A program made the position numbers and the translations under genes. The notes under the pieces were generated by a model. It was given only the letters and a program-made list of their open reading frames with translations, searched no databases and was not told where the DNA came from. A DNA stretch of 64,000 nt from Patescibacteria group bacterium (GTDB taxonomy: Bacteria; Patescibacteriota; Patescibacteriia; 2-12-FULL-60-25): the NCBI GenBank assembly GCA_018830865.1, contig JAHJRN010000002.1, positions 6,243 through 70,242 of the forward strand, given 5' to 3'. Positions 57,900 through 64,000 of this stretch are shown here, piece by piece (positions within the stretch are counted from its first letter, which is position 1; the number at the start of each line of letters is the position of its first letter).

Positions 57900-57928
57900 A
57901 GGATAGCAGAACCCGGGTGGATTGACAA
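57900..57928 (-). promoter_or_regulatory. promoter TTGTCA-17-TATCCT for secE-nusG-rplK
   Basis: minus strand reads TTGTCAatccacccgggttctgcTATCCT. Confidence 0.5.
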
Positions 57929-58006
57929 GACCGCCCATATAGGATAGAACGGAAGCACCCGTCGGCTTAGCCCGGGTTTTACAACAGTAGAAGAGAGGAT
58001 AGCGCC

Positions 58007-58555
58007 ATGGATGTACTCCTCGGCCGTCCGAACATCAGACGGAGACGGACATATTTCGTTTCCGTGGGCGAAAGCGACGACCCGGCGGATTTCCTGGTCG
58101 CGCTCGCGAACGTTGAAGCCGAAATCGGCGGGTATACCGACGGGAGGTGTCCGCAGGACACCGATGGCGGTAAGACGCCGCCGATCATGGATGGCGTCCT
58201 GTCGACCGACGAGCAGCTCGAACTTCGCGAGGCGCTTCGCGTCATGAGGGGCTTCAGTGCTCCGAGATTCGGTCACGCGACGACCGTCCCGTTCACGTCT
58301 TCCGTCCGCAAGGCGTGGGATCTCGATGCGTTGGAGACGGTCTTCCGGAATGCGGTCCGCTCCGTCGCACCGCATGCGCGCGCTGTGGTCTCGACCGCCT
58401 TGGACGAGATGGGCGGATACGACGAGCGGACCGAGGTCATCGACCCTTCCGCGCGGACGCTCTGTCTCTGGTCAAGTCTGGTGCACCTGGCCGCCGAGTG
58501 CGCGGTTCTCAAGGTCAAGTTCCGTCGCCGCCCCCGGGCGATCGCAAACGCGTAA
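58007..58555 (+). CDS. hypothetical protein (182 aa, no recognised motif)
   Basis: good GC3; no sigma-factor regions seen. Confidence 0.45.
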   Translation: MDVLLGRPNIRRRRTYFVSVGESDDPADFLVALANVEAEIGGYTDGRCPQDTDGGKTPPIMDGVLSTDEQLELREALRVMRGFSAPRFGHATTVPFTSSVRKAWDLDALETVFRNAVRSVAPHARAVVSTALDEMGGYDERTEVIDPSARTLCLWSSLVHLAAECAVLKVKFRRRPRAIANA

Positions 58556-58667
58556 GTCTCATGCCCCATCGGTCGGCCGATGGGGTTTTTTATTTCCTGC
58601 GTGGACGATAGCGGTCTTGACCGATAGGATGGGAGGAGATGTTCATTTGTTATGTCAGGAGGGAGAT

Positions 58668-58910
58668 ATGAATCAGATACCGCATACCTGTTCCGAATGG
58701 CAGGAGGTCCTGAAGGCCATCGCCTTCGGCTCCGAACCGGAGGATCCCCGCATCGCGACCGGCGCGCGCATCCACGCGCTTCGCTGTTCCGTCTGTCGGG
58801 ACTATTTCATGAAGGTGTCCGAGCAGGCCGTCCGTGAGGGGCATGCTGTCCGACCACCACTGCCCAACCGCGCCGTCACCACGCACAAGAATACGGCAGG
58901 CGACAATTGA
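58668..58910 (+). CDS. small zf-HC2-like protein (anti-sigma-type H-x3-C-x2-C motif), no TM segment
   Basis: GGAGGGAG Shine-Dalgarno; CSEW...HALRCSVC. Confidence 0.55.
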   Translation: MNQIPHTCSEWQEVLKAIAFGSEPEDPRIATGARIHALRCSVCRDYFMKVSEQAVREGHAVRPPLPNRAVTTHKNTAGDN

Positions 58911-58932
58911 CCGGCTGCCCTCATCTCAAACA

Positions 58933-58967
58933 CCCCGCAGGGTCTCTCCCGCGGGGCGCTTTTTTTA
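58933..58967 (+). terminator. intrinsic terminator after 58668..58910
   Basis: ccccgc-agggtctctcc-gcgggg followed by cgcttttttt. Confidence 0.6.
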
Positions 58968-58968
58968 G

Positions 58969-58992
58969 ATTCCCGCCTTCGCGGGAATGACA
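58969..58992. repeat. short palindromic element attcccgc-cttc-gcgggaat followed by gaca
   Basis: 8-bp arms; ends in the ATGACA shared with the other elements. Confidence 0.6.
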
Positions 58993-59002
58993 CACAGGGT
59001 GG

Positions 59003-62020
<3,018 letters not shown>

Positions 62021-62032
62021 TTTGATCAGATA

Positions 62033-62153
62033 TGTCATCCTGAGTCCGACGAAGGATCTTCCTGATATTTCCGAAAGACCCGTCTGTCGGATGCTCTCGG
62101 CAGGAGGATTGACTTGAAGATCCTTCGTCGCTCCGACTTCCCTCAGGATGACA
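62033..62153. repeat. 121-bp palindromic element of the tgtcatcctgag family, copy 3 (opposite orientation, larger centre)
   Basis: tgtcatcctgagtccgacgaaggatcttcc ... gaagatccttcgtcgctccgacttccctcaggatgaca. Confidence 0.85.
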
Positions 62154-62188
62154 TGTATTTTTTTGCCCGGGCGTGGCAACCTGTCGGG

Positions 62189-63298
62189 ATGCGCAGGAGC
62201 CTGGACATCTTCATCCATTTCGACTGGACGCTCCTCTTGGCCGCGACGACACTCACGGTCATCGGCCTGCTTTCGATCTACGGCATCGGCATCTCGATCG
62301 AGACCGGTGACCTGTTCCAGTTCAAGAAGCAGCTCGTCGCCGCGACCATCGGCTTGGCGCTTGTGTTCGGTGTCATCTTCGTCGATTATCGTCAGATAAA
62401 ACCTTTTGCCTTGTGGTTGTATGGCGCGGGCGCGGCGTTGCTTGTCGGCGTCCTCGTGTTCGGGTCCACGGTTCGTGGCATGCGCGGGTGGTTCATGATC
62501 GGTCGCCTCTCGTTCCAGCCCGTCGAGATCGCCAAGGTCGTGCTCGCTGTCTTCCTCGCCTCGTATCTCGCGCGGCATGCACACAAGCGCCTCGGATGGG
62601 TCCCGTTCGTCGGCAGCGGATTGGCCGCGGCCGGCTATGTCGGGCTCGTCATGCTCCAGCCGGACCTTGGGTCCGCGTTCGTCATGATTGCGATGTGGCT
62701 CGTGACCGTCGTGTTCGTCGGCCTGCCGCGTCGCGCATGGATTCTGCTCCTTGTCGGAGCGGCGGCGGCCGGGACCCTGCTGTGGACCGTCGGGCTGAAG
62801 CCGTACCAGCGCGACCGCCTCATTTCGTTCGTCCAACCGGCCGCGGATCCGCGCGGCACCGGATACAACGTCATGCAGGCACGTATCGCCATCGGATCCG
62901 GCGGCCTACTCGGCAAGGGCATCGGCGAAGGGTCGCAGGCGCGGCTCCGGTTCCTGCCCGAGGCGTCCACGGACTTTATGTTTTCCGTCATCGGCGAAGA
63001 GCTCGGGTTCGTCGGCCTCACCATCGTGCTCACGTTGTTCAGCCTCCTGCTCCTCCGGTTCCTCCGCATCGCCGAGACGTCCGCCGACCCGTTCGCGCAG
63101 ATCCTCCTTGTCGCGCTCGTCGCGAATGTCACGTTTCATCTCATCGTGAACGCTGGGATGAACCTCGGCGTCATGCCCGTCACCGGCATCCCGTTGCCGT
63201 TCGTCTCCGCGGCACCGTCTTCCCTCCTTGTCGCGTTCATCACCGTCGCCCTCGCGCAGTCGGTCGCCGTCCGGAGGCAGCCAGCGGCGTTCAGGTGA
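62189..63298 (+). CDS. FtsW/RodA/SpoVE-family (SEDS) peptidoglycan polymerase
   Basis: 10-TM profile, FMIGRLSFQPVEIAK, PEASTDFMFSVIGEELG; ATG 62189 chosen because the 62114 start translates the repeat. Confidence 0.85.
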   Translation: MRRSLDIFIHFDWTLLLAATTLTVIGLLSIYGIGISIETGDLFQFKKQLVAATIGLALVFGVIFVDYRQIKPFALWLYGAGAALLVGVLVFGSTVRGMRGWFMIGRLSFQPVEIAKVVLAVFLASYLARHAHKRLGWVPFVGSGLAAAGYVGLVMLQPDLGSAFVMIAMWLVTVVFVGLPRRAWILLLVGAAAAGTLLWTVGLKPYQRDRLISFVQPAADPRGTGYNVMQARIAIGSGGLLGKGIGEGSQARLRFLPEASTDFMFSVIGEELGFVGLTIVLTLFSLLLLRFLRIAETSADPFAQILLVALVANVTFHLIVNAGMNLGVMPVTGIPLPFVSAAPSSLLVAFITVALAQSVAVRRQPAAFR

Positions 63299-63306
63299 GG
63301 CGTTCC

Positions 63307-63343
63307 TGTCATTTTCGTGAAGACGGGAATCCAGAGGATGACA
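63307..63343. repeat. degenerate palindromic element tgtcattttcgtgaagacgggaatccagaggatgaca
   Basis: TGTCAT / ATGACA termini, inner arms attttcgt / acgggaat. Confidence 0.55.
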
Positions 63344-63374
63344 AATCGGACATATCGCGATACCCTCGAAGTGT

Positions 63375-63710
63375 ATGGATTCCACGTCGTCATCGAAGCT
63401 GCTCGCGCATTGCCCGCTCTGTCAGACGGCGTACGGAGACGCGGAGGTGCGCCTACTCGGCGAGCGCGGGTCCACGCGCCTGTTCCATTGTTCCTGCCGT
63501 TCGTGCGGGCATGCGATGCTCGCCGTCATCCTCGAATCGCAAGGCGCGGTCAGCTCGGTTGGCCTCGTCACGGATCTTGAGGTTCAGGACGCGATGCGCT
63601 TCCGCGGCGCCGCTCCCATCTCCGCCGACGACTGTGTCTTGGCGCATCAGATGCTGGAAGATGAAAGCAAGGGATTCTGCGAGGCACTGACGACGAAGGG
63701 GTCAGGATAG
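63375..63710 (+). CDS. hypothetical zinc-ribbon protein
   Basis: CPLC-x17-CSCRSC. Confidence 0.5.
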   Translation: MDSTSSSKLLAHCPLCQTAYGDAEVRLLGERGSTRLFHCSCRSCGHAMLAVILESQGAVSSVGLVTDLEVQDAMRFRGAAPISADDCVLAHQMLEDESKGFCEALTTKGSG

Positions 63711-63781
63711 CCTGAACAGTCGTCTTGGGCCGGATGTTGACAAACATCCGGTATTATCCTATCTTTCGCGCACGCAAACCT

Positions 63782-64000
63782 ATGACACGAACCCTCACCG
63801 CCGCCAGCCGCACAGACCTGGGACGCCAAGCCACGAAAGTTCGTAATGCGGGCCGTATCCCGGCTATCGTCTATGGCCATGGCATCGAACCGAAGCCGAT
63901 CTCGTTGGACATGTCCGAGTTCATCAAGATGTACCGCGAGGCCGGTTCGTCGTCCGTCATCGACGTCGCCATCGACGGCACAGAGGCCGTGAAGGCGCTC
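63782..64000 (+). CDS. rplY: 50S ribosomal protein L25 / Ctc, 5' part (runs off the window end)
   Basis: MTRTLTAASRTDLGRQATKVRNAGRIPAIVYGHG; upstream TTGACA-17-TATCTT. Confidence 0.85.
   Translation, partial: MTRTLTAASRTDLGRQATKVRNAGRIPAIVYGHGIEPKPISLDMSEFIKMYREAGSSSVIDVAIDGTEAVKAL

Noticed and set aside
58007-58555. An ECF sigma factor upstream of the zf-HC2-like gene.
   Set aside because: The translation shows no region 2 (DLxQE-type) or region 4 helix-turn-helix signatures.

Overview
This is a high-G+C, gene-dense bacterial chromosome segment. The 16S rRNA (about 8317..9822) and the gene content resemble a Candidate Phyla Radiation / Patescibacteria (Parcubacteria-like) genome using the standard genetic code (RF1 and RF2 are both present); this taxonomic placement is inferred, not searched. 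Supporting content: a translation and ribosome core, lower glycolysis only (gap, pgk, eno), a dut-thyX-tmk dTMP operon, a type IV pilus-like locus and many short palindromic intergenic repeats.

I call about 60 protein genes, one stand-alone 16S rRNA with its own processing stem (no 23S or 5S in the window), three tRNAs (Val-GAC, Leu-GAG, Val-TAC), and several sigma70-like promoters and intrinsic terminators.

Most of the window is housekeeping: prfB, prfA, valS, tyrS, argS, gatB, miaA, miaB, queA, tsaC, rsmA, gyrB, an ftsW/rodA-family gene, secE-nusG-rplK, rplA, rpsB-tsf, rpmE and rplY.

The segments that look accessory or unusual are:
- a visibly lower-G+C PEP-utilising three-domain kinase next to a nest of palindromic repeats (1419..4001);
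- a two-response-regulator plus type IV pilus-like locus (10281..18311) that contains a pseudopilin fused to an LVIVD-like beta-propeller;
- a low-G+C islet between valS and tyrS with two paralogous small CxxC lipoprotein-like genes;
- a tRNA-flanked two-gene cassette (30497..31029);
- two adjacent Gly/Ser-linker, Cys-rich secreted proteins (37566..39427);
- two lower-G+C membrane-protein genes inserted between rplK and rplA;
- a hypothetical gene plus a zf-HC2-like gene pair (58007..58910).

No CRISPR array, integrase, transposase, reverse transcriptase or recognisable defence or toxin system was seen. All functional calls rest on motifs read by eye from the translations. No database search was run, and the G+C statements are by-eye impressions, not computed values.
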